A DNA stretch of 64,000 nucleotides from Octopus vulgaris (GCA_951406725.2 OX597825.1:54002001-54066000); one strand, 5' to 3'. Numbered from the stretch's first letter, positions 14,150-29,268 are shown. Translations and numbers: made by a program. Notes: generated from the sequence alone by a model not told the origin.

Positions 14150-14370
14150 ATGCGTGTATGTATAAGTGTATGAATGTGTGCATGTATATATTCATTTATG
14201 CTTCAAAATATAATATAAAACTGAATACATTATTGTACACAATGTATATTTATTAACTCTTGTACTCTGATGAACCTGAGACAACCGAATCTTTGGCGCC
14301 GGTTTAAAATCTCTGTGTGTCAGTTTATATCTGTCTATAAGTCTCTTTGACTGTCTGTCTGTCTGTCTTC

Positions 14371-14470
<100 letters not shown>

Positions 14471-14546
14471 CTAACTATTGATATACGCATAATACACACA
14501 TGCACACACTCACACATATATGTGAAAGGGAGAGAAATAAAGATAT

Positions 14547-14601
<55 letters not shown>

Positions 14602-15811
14602 CATATATATACATATATATATATATATATATGAATACGAACTACTATCTCGGTTGGTGCGTATGCATTTATGTACGTATAAATATTAATACATAACATT
14701 AATGCATAAATATATATATATATATACATATATATATACATATATATATATACTTATATATATATATACACTTCTGTGTATGTCTGTGTGCGCGCGTGGC
14801 GGGTGGTGGGCACACGCTTGTGTGTCTGTTGGTGTCGCTGTACATATTAGGCAGTATAGAGACTTGATATAAAAAGTAGAATTTGAGAAAAGTCAATGTT
14901 GTGTAGAGATAATAAATTAGAGACAATAATGGACATTAAAGGTCACAAGAATCATAATTGTTGTTTGGTAAAGATGGGAATACAAAGAATACAAAAACTT
15001 CATTGCCTCACACGCACACACACATACACACACACACATACACACACTTTCCTCACAAACACCCATAAATTCATGCATACATAAATAATAACATCTATTT
15101 GAGTTTCACTGCGTAGAATAGTATCTTAAAAAATAAATGGGAAGTGACAGGGAGAGAAACAAAGAAAGACAGCGAAAGAAAGAGAAAACGTAAAGTGAAT
15201 GTAGAAAAAATAGCTGAATAGATATAAAGCTTAGATAGATTAACACGAAGGTAACGTGAAAGAGAAGGGAGAAAGAGAGAGAGAGAGAGAGAGAGAGGTA
15301 GAAATAAATACATAGAGAAATTTTATTAAAAAAATTTTAAATGCATCAAGGTAATTAGTTTGGATGACAGCATATTTTCCATCATTTCGTAACACAATTA
15401 TATATATCACGTGGCAGGTTTAGGAATGTAGGAAGCGAATAAAATTAGCAAAACATAAATCTCTGAACTGCTTCCATTATACTTAATTTCTGCTGTTCTC
15501 TAAATTAAAGTAAAATATAATATGATATATGCTTTTCTTTTTAAATAGCTGATATTTGAAATGGAATATATGCGAAATTTGTTTTGTATTAATCATTTTA
15601 TGAAGTGGGAGTATTTCGATAACCAATGATAATTTGAGATTTTCAAACAACAAATTAAATGACTCGAATGCTTTTTTAGCAACTACACAATAACAATATA
15701 TATATATATATACACACATATATATACATATATATATATACACACATACACATATATGTATATATAAATGTATATACATAAATATACATAAATATATATA
15801 AATATATACAT

Positions 15812-15873
<62 letters not shown>

Positions 15874-16267
15874 AATAAGTATTCACCATACTTTTCTATG
15901 TTGTACTTTTTGCCTTGTTTTTTCAAGTATTACCTTTAATTGTCGATACAGTTGGCAGACGTTGTTGATTTTGGGATTAGGTTCTTTTAACCTGTAATAA
16001 CAGATTGCAAACTTCTACTAGTTTATTTTCTGTATTATATAATATTGCAAATCCTGCATAACAGTGCCATTGGTCACGATTTTCTAAAGGATCAGACGCT
16101 GATTATTGTACAAATGACGGCAAGAATTAGAAGTGTGTGTCACATTCGATGCATGACCAAAAAAAAAAAAGGGAATTGTTTGGGGATTAAGAATTACTCA
16201 AATTTACACCTATATATTTATCTCTATAAAGCACACACACAAATATAGATATATCACTAATGAAAGA

Positions 16268-17311
16268 AACAGAAGTCCTCCTGTCGAATTACACTCTCTT
16301 CCACATGCCTGACAGATATGATTAGTATGGTGTGTAACACCACCACCAGTGGCCAGGTTGTCACTCATCTGTCTCACTTTATGACTACGAAGATGACTCT
16401 TGAGTCCAGATTTACTGAGGCAGGGTCTTGCACAGACACTGCATGTCAGCATCATAGGAAGACCCTTCCAATCTGGAAGTGTAATAGCGATGCCCTTCCT
16501 GACATCCCTCCTTACTTTCTCATGTGCAACTCGAGATTTCTCAAAAGTGGCTGTCCCCTCATGCACAATCCTTATCCACCTGCTACGATCAATAGCTATG
16601 CCTTCCAATGTGTCAGGAGTGATGCAAGCATCTCTTAAGGAAGCCTTCAGCAAGTCCTTATACCTCTTTTTTGGTTTATGTGAATGTTGTTCTCCTTTAG
16701 CTAACTCTACATAAAAGAGTTGTTTTGGCATCCTTGAATCCTTCATCCTGACCAGATGACCACTCCATCTGAGCCTTTGCTTTAACACAAGAGCTTCTGT
16801 TCTTTCATACCGAGAGCCTTCCAATATTTCAAGATCACTGATGCGGTCCTTCCAATTAATGCCATAGATCCGTCTGAGACACATCTGATGGAAACGTTCC
16901 AGTTGTTTAAGGTGGTATCGATATGTGACCCACGTCTTGCAGGCATAGAGAAGAGAAGGGAGCACACATGCTTTGTACACCTTTATCTTTGTCTTTCTGC
17001 TTATGTCTCGCCGACTCCAGAGGCGCTTTTCTAGCCTTCCGAAAGCATCACTTGCTTTCCCAATTCTATAAGGAATTTCATCATCCAAATTGCTATATCT
17101 ATTAATAGTGCTTCCCAGGTAGACAAACTGATCAACTGCATCAAGCCGTTTACCATGCACATAGATATTTGGTACACTATACTGCTTACCAGGGGCAAGT
17201 TGATGCATGACAACAGTTTTCTTGAGATTGACTGTCAATCCTAAGGCAGTGCAAGCATCAGAGAATGCATTCAAAATTCAAAATGTGTTGCATATCAATC
17301 TCTCTGTGTGC
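16268..17311 (-). mobile_element. RTE-clade LINE fragment: RT C-terminal region plus C2H2 zinc fingers
   Basis: ORF 16210-17274: GLTVNLKKTVVM, QFVYLGS, RIGKASDAFGRL, KVYKACVLPSLLYAC, RLRWSGHLVRM, then CSVCARPCLSKSGLKSHLRSH and a truncated CQACGREC. Upstream AHREIDMQHILN is offset by a 7-bp duplication. Confidence 0.92.
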
Positions 17312-17789
17312 ATACATACATACATACATACATACACATAAATACATAGTGGTATTCCAGAAATAAGTAACATATTGAGAACGTCATGCTCATTACCCTT
17401 GGTCTTCCTTATCTACATTATTGAAAGTAGCCCATCTCATATTTTCATTAGTTATTTTAATGTTAAGTTTTATATACTAATCGTGGCCAGAATTATACAG
17501 GATTCTTTGTCTATAACCAAAAATGTATATTCAGATATACAATCATATTAAGACTGTTCTACGCCGACGAGATCAAACAGACTACTTGAGTCCGTAGTTT
17601 CCCCTTTCTTGCAACAAGCATCATATTGTTTTCCCTCTGTGATGTAAAATAAGAATTAATTCTTGTATACATTCTTGATTTGTTTTAAAATAATAACACT
17701 CCTTGCGGGTTTAATTAACACAACCACCTTCAAAACCTACAACCTCTCGCTCTACGCTGATTAAACATGTAGAGTGGTTTCGAAATGAA

Positions 17790-17918
17790 ACTCACAAGGC
17801 TTTGATCGGCTCGAGGCTATACTAGAAGACACTTCCTCAAGGTTCCACGCAGTTGGATTGAACTCAGAACAATGAAACTGAGAAGCAAACTTTTTACAGC
17901 ACAGCCAGGCCTCCGCCT
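17790..17918 (-). mobile_element. SINE 5' fragment (45.8-kb family)
   Basis: Reverse complement aggcggaggcctggctgtgctgtaaaaagtttgcttctc...gagttcaatcc...ttgaggaagtgtcttctagtatagcc matches the 45773 head. Confidence 0.75.
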
Positions 17919-18033
17919 ATTATATAAATCTTGTGTGTATGCGTATGTGTGTGTATGTATGTATGTATTTATGTATGTATATGTGTGTGTGTGCATATCA
18001 TATGTAGATAGACAGACAGACATACATACAAAC

Positions 18034-18102
<69 letters not shown>

Positions 18103-18115
18103 CGTAGATAGATAT

Positions 18116-18194
<79 letters not shown>

Positions 18195-18460
18195 TTCATT
18201 TCTCAGTAGTATAACTGGTGCCCTCATTTCTCTTCTCAGTATTACTATATACCTTATGAACACCTCAATATATATCCACCGATTCTGCAATATTGTGAGG
18301 AAAATGGTTGGTAATCCCTTTTTCATTAGTGGATTCCTATATGTCTTATAAATCCAATTGAAATCCAATTTGATATCATATTTGAAAAGTGTGAGTATTG
18401 TTATAGGACACCAGTCACTTCATATCTCGACCAACGTATAATACATACAAACACACACAC

Positions 18461-18527
<67 letters not shown>

Positions 18528-18679
18528 TATGCATACCTATATATATATGCATATATACATACATATATATACATACATGTATGTAAATAGATATACGTAA
18601 GTAGGTTGGTGTATATGAATGTTATATATATTAGCTAATATGTATAGCAGCAAATATATGCAATATTGAAGAAGATATA

Positions 18680-19820
18680 CGTGGTTTCACCAGTAAGTAT
18701 CCGGACTGATACCATAGTAATGAAGCTAAACAACGCAGAGTAAAGCCGCTTGGCACAGATTGACCTTAATTTTTGTGCATGTCCACTAGGTGTTAACGTC
18801 CTAGCTCACTTCCGCTGTTTACAACAGTGCTTGGAATGAAGGTGTATAACGTGTGATCGTCGCATTGAACACGGCAGAGATAGTTTCAAGATGGCCGAAA
18901 AATGTCGATAATGACGAAAATTCTAGGAGACCCCCAACCAGTAGAACTGAAAAAAAACATCGCAGATATGTGTGCAGCTCTGATGAGAAACCGTTGAATC
19001 ACCAGGTGTACGTTATCATAGGATGTGCAGATTAGTTACGTTTCAGTTTTGTCCATTATCACTTAAGATTTGGATATGAAACGCGTGTCTGCCAAGTCTG
19101 TGCCAAAACTACTTTCAGCTGAACAAAAAGACATCCGGGTTTCAGTTGCGCAAGATCTCCTTGATTGTGTCGAGAACTATTAGAACTTTTTGAATATAGC
19201 CATAACGGGTGATGAAGTGTGGCACTATGGCTATGACCTCGAAAAAGCCTAGTCTTCGCAGTGGGAGACTCCCAACATCTCCGACACCAACGACACCGTT
19301 GACTGTTTTCTGCGACTGCAAGCAGATTGTTCATCATCAGGATGCTCCACCTTGTCAAGCAATAAACAAGGAGTGCTACTGTGAGCTTTTGCAGCGTTTA
19401 CAGATACTATTCGTCGGAAAAGGCCACATTTTCATGCGTCCGGTGAGTAGCAATAGCACCATTACAACGCACCTGCTCATTCAGCGCAGTGGTTTTTGAC
19501 TAGGCAGAGTATTACCCAGGTCCGACAGCCACCGTATTCCCCAGATCTCGCCCCTTGTGACTTTTTCCTCTTTTCAGAATTTAAATTTCGCTTGAAAGGA
19601 ATATTTAAGGACGTCGAGGAAATCAGAGTGAATGCGACGAGGTAGTTGTTGATTTTCCCAGAAAACGAGTTCCAGGAATACTTCCATCACTGGTAACAGC
19701 GCTAAATTGAAGGTGTGGCTTTCGAAGGGAACAACTTTGAAAGACATTAAACGCCAAATAGTTACGTGTTGTAGTTTTGTTTTTATATCACCAGTGCGGA
19801 TATTTATTGATCAGACCTCA
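18680..19820 (+). mobile_element. Degenerate near-full-length mariner DNA transposon
   Basis: Imperfect TIRs (cgtggtttcaccagtaagtatccggactg / cagtgcggatatttattgatcagacctca) flanked by TA. Remnant motifs DDENSRRPPTS, ITGDEVWHYGYD, HHYNAPAH and PYSPDLAPCDFFLF across frameshifts. Confidence 0.9.
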
Positions 19821-20029
19821 TATGTTACATAAACTCCTCTAGAAAAGCAAAACAGATTTCAAAAGAGAAACATTTTGTCACTAATAATGGTATCCTCATA
19901 CACTAAAACAGTTTCAGAAGAGATTCTGAGACAAGTGATAGCCAAACATGAGATTTATTTCTGCACAGAAGTCTAATATTTTATAGAACTGAGCTTGTAT
20001 ATCTACTTTTAGATGTCGTACCAATATTG

Positions 20030-20220
20030 GTATCAAATGTTGGCACAAGTCGAGGAATTTAGTGGCTGCAGTAAGTCGACTACGTCGACCACAGACATCA
20101 GTTTGTATTTATTTTTTCGACCCCGAAGAATCAAAGATTAAGTCAATATCGGCGGAATTTGAATTCAGAACATGAAGCATTTTGCTCGGCGTGCAAACTA
20201 TTCTGTTAGATCGCCGCCTT
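20030..20220 (-). mobile_element. SINE of the GGCGGCGAG-head family (as 39.5-40.1 kb)
   Basis: Reverse complement begins ggcggcgatct; contains ttctgaattcaaattccgccga and ttcggggtcga. Confidence 0.8.
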
Positions 20221-20477
20221 AATTGTACTAATATTAATAGGTCATTCTCAATATGTAGTTCGGGATTCTATAACAGACTGTTGTACGTAGACCAGCACGA
20301 AGAATGCCTCAGACATGGGATGTGAACTGATTTCATTTGCTGAAAAAGATATAACGGTACTCAACATATTGTTGTTGCCAATCATTAATTTTCAAATATG
20401 CCTCGTGACAAATACTGACTTTGAAATGCTAGTATATATAACAAAAATATAAATTCAAATTACGATGAAAGTAAACA

Positions 20478-20847
20478 AATATTGTTGTATTTCGGGATGG
20501 TCATTTTATTTATTTATTTATTTATTTATTTTGCTAAATAAACACACGCACTATTTTTTTTCTTCATCGCTTATTACTGTTATTTTATTACTTTAACGCC
20601 TGTCCATTGTCTGGAAATCTTTCGTCACACATCTGTGACCCCTTCAGCAATACTTTTCGTTTCCGTGTGTTCTTGCTCCACGTACTCCATTCTGTTCTTC
20701 TAAGATGTATGAACAGAATGCAGTAAATGGAGTAAGAACACACACGGAAACGAAAAGTGTCGCTGAAGGGGTCACAAATATGTGACAAAAGATTTTCTGA
20801 CAATGGACAAGCGTTACATTAATAAAATAACAGTAATAAATGAATGA

Positions 20848-20893
<46 letters not shown>

Positions 20894-20957
20894 CGTGTGT
20901 TATTTTGGCAAAACAAAAATTAGAATAAAAGGACTATCCCGAAATAGAACAATATCT
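20478..20957. mobile_element. Fold-back pair of Penelope-like terminal repeats, each arm with a hammerhead-like core
   Basis: Arms ~20478-20697 / 20711-20957 with a 13-nt loop; (TA)n expanded only in the right arm. Core CTGAAGGG-GTCACA-nnnn-TGTGAC-(G/A)AAAG. Homologous to 56377-56545. Confidence 0.8.
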
Positions 20958-22576
20958 GTTTCAACACACGATTTCGCATTAGGAATTTTGCAAAACGAAT
21001 TCATAAACATAAACAAAGCTTGCTTTTTTTCTGGCAAATTTTCCTGCGAAAATATATCCTGTTCCTGCTATTCTGTTTGCATTATTCTGCGTTTGAAAAT
21101 TAATTATTTCTGTATCTAAAAATATATTTCTCTCAAAGGACACGTTTTGAGAAGCTACTTATATATTTATTTGTCATTGTTAATGAGAAGTATCATTGAG
21201 ATGAAACGACCCACAATGGGGTGGGGGCGGAGGCGCAATCATCTGTTCTTTTAATCTTCTGAATCTAGATATATGCGCTGCTAACACGCTTGCACATCAT
21301 CGTAGTCATCGACATAAATTTGGATCCAAATAGTTAATATATAGCAAGTGATTGAGCCTCCCTCATCCTGATAGGTGCGAAGGGTGCATGTGCTTGAGGG
21401 GCTTGTTCAGATCTATGGCAGTATAAACGATCTAGAGGCATTTATTGTAGGAAAGGGTTGACAGGAAGTGGGAGTCGTTCTTTACGTCTTCGATGACTCA
21501 TCTCTGCCCCTTGAAGTCTTGGAGTTAGAGTAAATTAAAAAAATAGGAAGCATTATTACACTCCTTTATAAACAACTATAAGGAAAATCAGATATTTACT
21601 GAATCGATTCCGGTATAGACGAATGCAATTTGCTTCTCTTAATCTTTTATGCTACTGCACTACAGGGCGAAAAAATAGGTTTAGATATTTTTGCATTGCT
21701 TCTTTGTGATTTTGGCTACCCGATCGTCTTTAACTGAGTTCAGTCTATTGCATGATTCTGAAATTAGTTCAGTTATATCTTCCTGTAAATTCCAGAGATT
21801 TAAAGGTCCTAGTGGCTGTACTTATTCAAAAATTAAGTGATGAAAAAAATTATGAACTACTGCACTCTACATAATTTCCCGTTATACTTATACGGTGAAC
21901 GTAGCTCTATTGTCACTACTCCTGTGTTTCATTTTCTAAACTTCACACTATACCATTTACTCAACCTCCCTCCAAAGATTGCACACCTCTGAAACATCAT
22001 TCAGTCACGGCATTTACTTGCAGAAGTCTAAGTACAAATTCAGATTAATCTAGCAAATGATAGAGACATTACAGATTACGGGTTTTGGCATAAATGCTAT
22101 AATTTCCATCAGCTAGTCTATTTCCTTTTTTAACATTTTGCAAAGTAATTCGTTACCTTGTTATTGTGTGGGACATTTGAATTGGAATAAACTAACATTA
22201 GTTACGATAGTTATATGCACAGAAATTGAAATATCAGGTCTAAATCCGTTTCATTACTACTCCGCAATTATATGTCTTCACTATTACTCCATTGAATTAG
22301 TACAAATCGGTGTAGGTGTAATCTCAAATGTTCAAACTTAAACGGATTCTCAAATTATAATGCATCGCCTGTGTCTATTAAAGACATATTGTGCTCTGAA
22401 GTTAAACAGATCTATGAATGACGCTTGACGAATGACAGTTAAACTAATTTCTATTAAAGATAAATTCGGATCTTAGCTCAATTAAAGTCGGCTTCAAAAT
22501 ATAGAAAATTCGTGAAGGTCATGCAGAACAATTTGTTTCGTATTAGAACAACCTCTTATTAGTGTAGATGTATGTG

Positions 22577-22958
22577 TGGAGGCGCAATGGTCCACTGGTT
22601 AGGACAGCGGACGTGCGGTCGTAGGATCGCGGTTTTGATTCTCAGACAGGGCGTTGTGAATGTTTATTGAGCGAAAATGCCTAAAGCACCACGAGGCTCC
22701 GGCGGAGGGTGGTGACGAACCCTACCCTACGCTTTCACAACAACTTTCTCTCACTCTTTCTTTCTGTTTCTGTTGAACCTGTATTTCAAAGGGCCAGCCT
22801 TGTCACACTCTGTGTCACGCTGAATCTCCCCGAGAACTACATTAAGGGTACACGTATCTGTGGAGTGCTCAGTCACTTGCACGTTAATTTCCCGAGCAGG
22901 CTGTTCCGTTGATCGGATCAACTGGAACCCTCATCGTGGTAACCGATGGAGTGCCACG
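22577..22958 (+). mobile_element. Full-length tRNA-derived SINE
   Basis: Head ggaggcgcaatggtccactgg (A-box-like) and ggttttgattc (B-box-like). Head/body shared with 57262; tail shared with 29269. Confidence 0.85.
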
Positions 22959-25053
22959 TATATGTATGATGAAGTGTCGTCAATTAATTTTCCTTCTGCT
23001 TAATGTTACTTTGAATCAAGTAAGGGTACTTACATAGGAAGATACTAATATGTATGGGAAGAAGTATCGTGTGGGTGATGTTTGTAATTCGTTTGCCACG
23101 ACGTGGCAGCACAATTCGCCCACATATTATTAAACTAAATCCTGATCGTTGATTTATAAAATACTAACATTCTGGGACATTATTTCAGAATAAAATGCAC
23201 ATTAACGGTCACAATATATGGTAAATCAGCAGCTTGTAGCACTATGAATGAGATGTTGGTGACAATGTCTAAGACTACACTGTGATGTTTTAAATCCACC
23301 ACGCATATTCCCATTTTTCCGTATTCAGAATTAAAGCCTACAAAGTCTTCTATGCGGTTCCTGAATATTTGAAGAGATGAAACGTGTAGGAGGTGTGATA
23401 CAGAAACTGTTTGTAGCTTCTTCTACACAGCTTTGTTCTAATGAAAGAAGTCAAGATGGTGTAGAGAAACCTAATATGGTACGAATATTTCCGACGGAGA
23501 AGAGCGATATTAAGAGTTTTCCAAATATCGTTTCATATATATGACGTACAAACGAAAGGCAGTGGGTTGGTGGAATTGTTAGCGTCTTGGACTGGCCTTT
23601 CAACGAATTTTGTTCAAGTGCATTTTTTATCATAGCAACGCCTGCAAAAACATTTGTACTGACATAATTCAGCGTCAATTCTTTTTAAGCAATATCAGTG
23701 ATGAAGCAATGCAAGACTTGCATGCATAGACAATCATCAGTCTTCTGCAGCCATCCACCCACTTCAAACAGGCTTCTCCATGCAGATGTGAATAAATTGT
23801 GAATTCTAATAGTCGAAGATACCTGGATTAGGCTTAACGCTTTGTTCTGCATTGCTTGAATACATATAGCTGAGATATGTAAGTGGTCAGTAATATCGGC
23901 AAGGGATATTTACGTCGTAATGGCCTCCTATCTATCAAGGCAGTGAAAATTTTCCCCACTACGCTTTCTCATGGGCACTCACATTCTGAAATGTTTCATT
24001 CGCATTTTATATCCCCAAACTACCTATATAGGCTCTGTATGCAATACAATATAAATGTAATTTGAATATGACTGAAGCCGTCTAATGTAAATGCGATGAA
24101 AGCAGCATTGCCAGAGGAAATTAATCACAGAATTTAAGAGAAAAAAATGGTTTCAATATTCATTTGAAGACCCTTAATTTGCAAACAGATAGCATAAAAT
24201 ATGGTTAAAAAATTGTTTCAAATGTTTTCCATAATTATCTTTCGCATTATGTAGTGAGGATTTAGCAGCGTTACATCAGGCGATTAAAAACTGGTGCATA
24301 GTTTTTTATGTCTCTCAAACATAGCTATTTGACAAAAAGTGTCCGTTGGGAGAACTATGAAACATAAAATGAATACTTGGAACGTTTAAATCGACTAAAT
24401 CCCACTATGGCGGCAGTCCAATGACTAGAACAAGCAAAAGAATAGAAGTAGAACACCACTTAGGAAGATAAGAAACGCATAATATTGTACGTAGAGAATT
24501 CAGCTCATTGAAATTGTGGTAATCTCCCGGTGATTCCAGTTTCACTTCGTCAATAGAGGAGGTTAACCTACAGAAAAGAAATATACAACTAAGTATCCTA
24601 CTAAACAAAAACAAAAACAACAAAGAAATAAAAGCGCAAACTATAAACAAACAAAATGAGGCAAGATATACAAACGCTAAAACAATAGTTTAACAAAACG
24701 CTATCGAAACAACAAAAACAAGCATTAAACACAAATGACAAAAAGACAAAAGAACAAGATATATATATGTAAAAAAAAAGGAAGGGAAAAGAATGACAAA
24801 ATAAATAATATTGTTTTCGTACGAAAATGATGTTTTAGACATAATATTTCCTTTTCTATATTTCTGTATAAGTTATTATTTTTATATTTTTTTTACATGA
24901 AAGTAAAACAAAGATAACATTTATTTTAATTACAGTTAACTTTCTGTTTTATGTAATAAAACTCTAGCGGACAGGAAAACAATATATCTTTTATCATTTT
25001 TTATTAGTTTTCCTTTTGCTTCTTTCCCTGTTAAATACATTTATTTTTCTTTA

Positions 25054-25132
<79 letters not shown>

Positions 25133-25883
25133 TGCTACTAGTACTACTATTATTACTATTATATTATCAGTATTATTCGTACATACTTATGTAATTTCAT
25201 TTGGATTGTTCTATCAAAACTAACAGATTAATATACTCACACTTTTACGCATGCATATAACACGCGCATACATAAAGGTACAGATACCTACACTGAGATT
25301 TTCGAAGCCACATATATGCATGCATGTATGTATGTATGCATGTATGTGTATAACTCTATGTACTATTGACAAATATTCGTTGATGTAACGAGGATATAAT
25401 CTTAGTGTATTAAATTTAGCAAAGAACTCTAAAGATTAGAGACATTTTTATTTCTAAGTATTATACGTCGAAATTAGAGATAGCTTTAAGTATTTGGCAA
25501 CAGAAAAATAAATGTGGTTACAAATACATCAAAATAAATATACTGTTTCTATATATATAGATTTCCTTCACAAACTACAATGTCTCTGGTAAAAAAAATA
25601 ATAACGGGTCATACGCATATCTTCATTCTTACCAGCCATAGTTATACTTCATTTAAATCCCAAGTTTTGAAAGTTTCTTTTTATTACATGGGTTACTTTC
25701 ATCCCTCTCGGGTCGATAAGATAAAGTATAGTTAGGTTCTAGGATCGATGATGCTAACAAACTTCCTTCCTTGAAAATTGCTGGCCTCGTACCAAAATTA
25801 GAAATACTTGTTATTGAGGAGACTAAGGTGGTAACCTGGCAGAATCGATAGCACATTGGGAAGAATTGATAAAAATAATACTG

Positions 25884-25896
25884 AATAATAATAATG

Positions 25897-25965
<69 letters not shown>

Positions 25966-26064
25966 GTAATAATAATAATAAAAAGAAGAAGAAGAACAAC
26001 AACAACAACACGACTAATAATAATGATGATAATAAAAATAATAATAATAATAATAATAATAATG

Positions 26065-26102
<38 letters not shown>
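25884..26102. repeat. (AAT)n array with AAG/AAC interruptions, flanked by SINE fragments
   Basis: Read directly. SINE pieces at ~25690-25860 (+) and ~26105-26400 (-). Confidence 0.9.
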
Positions 26103-26103
<1 letters not shown>

Positions 26104-27816
26104 TTGGCTCCAGGTTTGACCCCAATACTGAACTGGTACTTATATTCTCGATCCTGAGAGTATGAAAATCAAAACTGATTACCTCAGAAGTTGAACTCAG
26201 CACATAAAGAGCAATTTTAGGAGCGTGGATAATAGTCTATTACATCAATCACAGTACTTGCTTGTACTGTATTTTAAAGGATGAAATGCACGGTTGACCT
26301 CAGTGGGATGATTTGATATCAGAACCTAAAGAGCTGAAGAAAAAGCCGCTAACCATTTCTATTCGAGGCTGTAGCGATTTTTCCTGTGCGGCACCTTTGT
26401 AACTAAATAATAGTAATTTCGGAAACAAAAGCATACTTATAATGTTGATTTATAATTAAAAGACAAAATATTACGGATGATCTAACGTTGCAAAAAACTA
26501 GGTACAATTATTTACTTATATAAGCAGGCTATCAGCACCAAAATATCTAACGATATATTTATTTGTCTATATATCTATATCTATCTATCTATATATATAT
26601 ATATATATATATATATCCATCTATCTATCCATGTATGGATAGATATAAATATATACATGCATACATACATACTTACATACACATACATACAAACATGCAT
26701 ACATACATATATACATACATACATACATACATACATACATACATACATACATACATACATACATACATACATACATACATACGTACATACATACTTATGT
26801 AAATTGTGTTTCAGACTGACAGAGACCATGAAAATGCAGAGCATCACTAGCTGATTTGAAGAATATTTTGCGGAATTCTAACAAGTACATCTTGTAAGTT
26901 TGGGAATGATATTTTACTTTATTCTTTGAGAGCAGAGAATATAAAGATTGAAATCCTATTTATTGGTTCCTTTCACTTATGGAAAATACTTTGAATCACA
27001 TCATCATTCACATTCGCCCCGCAACCATCGCAATTTCATACTGCTTCCCAGTCTCAAATCATCCTTGATCTTTAATCAATCTGTGATACGCAAAACAGGG
27101 CTGGGGAATATAACATCATCGATTCAATCATCTCTTCCTTAACCGCTCGTATATTTCTCATATGCTAAAGCAGAAAACCAACATTTTCGAGGTTTTTACC
27201 TCAAGGACAGTTTTAAATTACGAGGTCATTGACGTTACACTTCAATTTATGAGTGCAGATAAGTTCCATTAAAATGCAGTGTGTACGACCAAGGCATTCC
27301 ATTACAGATACGTAACTCACCCTTTTTATGAGAGAACATAAAAATCTATAATTTTATCGTTTTTAAATAATCTATCAACTTGCATGCATTTCAACAAATT
27401 TAAATATAAAAATTATCGTGAGAAGAATATAACAGTCAGTGCAATAACAGTAATTTGCGGGACACAGATATATAGATTTTTAAATTAGCAAGTGCATTCA
27501 CCTCACTGCGTCTCTTCTCTCCTTTTGTTTCCGTCTCTCTTTCACGGCTTTTTTCTACCAGTCTTTTTCTTTATAAATATATATGTATATATGTACGTAT
27601 GTATGTATGTACACAAATACACACGCCCTCCCGCACACACACATATAATACATACTTACATGCACATGTATATATCAGAATCAGAAATTGGAAGAGAAAA
27701 CTGTGTGCGTTCGGGCGGATACATACGCTTTACATAGGCATGCGTGTGCGTCTCTATGTATACTTGAATATATGTATGCTAATATATGAATATTTATGTT
27801 TATATATATATATATG

Positions 27817-27921
<105 letters not shown>

Positions 27922-28327
27922 GGGGGACATGTGTGTGAGAGAGGAAGAGAGAGAGAGAGTAAAATTGATAGGTGAGAAAAAGATAAAGAAACAGAGAGAA
28001 TGAAGAGTGAGGCATGAAGGAAAAAAAAGGAAGGAAGAAATGGAGTGAAGAGAGAAAATTCAATAACGGTACGTTGAAGAACTTTAAAATAACAGCAGAT
28101 GTTTTTAGTTGCTATAACGGATATTGAAGTTAAGTCTTTGGGATATAAACATGGTAGGATGAATTATATTGTGGTTTACAAGACTTCCACATCATAATAA
28201 TTGCTTGGACAAACGTTGGACCACGTATAAAATTAGATCGTCTTTTATAATATATACAGATATATATGCATCCACAAATGCATGCATTCTTACATACCTA
28301 TATCAATCAATTCATCGATGTATACAA

Positions 28328-28533
28328 TACAGCAACCCTCGCCATATCGCGGTTTATTTTTTAAGCTTACGTCGATTCCTCCCTGGTGTTGTTTTGCATT
28401 TATAATAAAATAAATATTTACAAATTACAAAAACATTAAAAAAAATATACAGTACTGTTTATACTTCGTGGATTTTCACCTATCGCGGTGACTTTTGAAA
28501 CGTTACACCCGCGAGAGTTGACGGATTACTGTA
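28328..28533. mobile_element. Tigger/pogo-like MITE
   Basis: Imperfect TIRs tacagcaaccctcgccatatcgcgg / ccgcgagagttgacggattactgta, with TA-CAG...CTG-TA termini. Confidence 0.7.
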
Positions 28534-29268
28534 CATTTATTCTCACATGTATATATAGATACAGATAAACAAAGAAGCTTATATACATGAATACATGTAT
28601 ACATAAACACATACTTGCATACATATACAAATGCCTACGTAATATGCATGCATATTTCCCTCAACTCATCCAGACAGAAAGAGAAGGATTCGCTCCAGTG
28701 TAAGATTTATAATTCACTTATCGATCCCGTTGGCAAAGATACCCTCAAGCCGAATTCAACGTAGATTATTTGCAGGCAAAAAAATACTGCAAGGCAAAAA
28801 CTGAAGTTCTGGCTTAGCCAATTGAGCTCATTACTACACACACACACACTCATACACAGAAACGTGTGTGTTTTCTTTTTTATTTATTCATTTATTTTGT
28901 ACTCCCAAATACGACAAAAGCAAATCCCCGGAATTTTGTGCATTAAAACACCCCTTATTACGTTTAAAGTGAATTTACTTTTTCTCTATGTAATATGAAT
29001 TAAATATCATTTTCCACACCTATTGATTGGTGATGTGAGAATTGTTGCGGCGGTGAAATAAATGATGAGTTTCCTGCTCTCTGCACTGTGTGGATTCCGA
29101 GTGAGATAAAATAAAATTGACAACAACATTTATCGACCTCGAATAAGTCGTTAATTTGTATCAGCGTAATTTAAAATGAGAATGAAGAAACCCGCAACAA
29201 ATACCTACAGTTGTAACAAAAATCCTGTTAACTCACTGGCTTTAAATGTATAGTTAAAAAATAAAAGG

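Noticed and set aside
14267-14310. CTGATGAACC...GGTTTAAA
   Set aside because: No GAAA and no flanking stems.
21440-21510. Minus-strand gatgagtcatcgaagac...aataaa resembling a decayed terminal repeat
   Set aside because: Both core halves are non-canonical; could be chance.
23430-23870. Possible hAT transposase remnant
   Set aside because: A single weak HCFI motif only.
25824-26400. Idea that the GGCGGCGAG-head SINE is mobilised by the Dong-like LINE because it abuts an AAT array
   Set aside because: The SINE tail meets ATT on its sense strand, opposite to Dong's TAA, and I see no shared 3' sequence.
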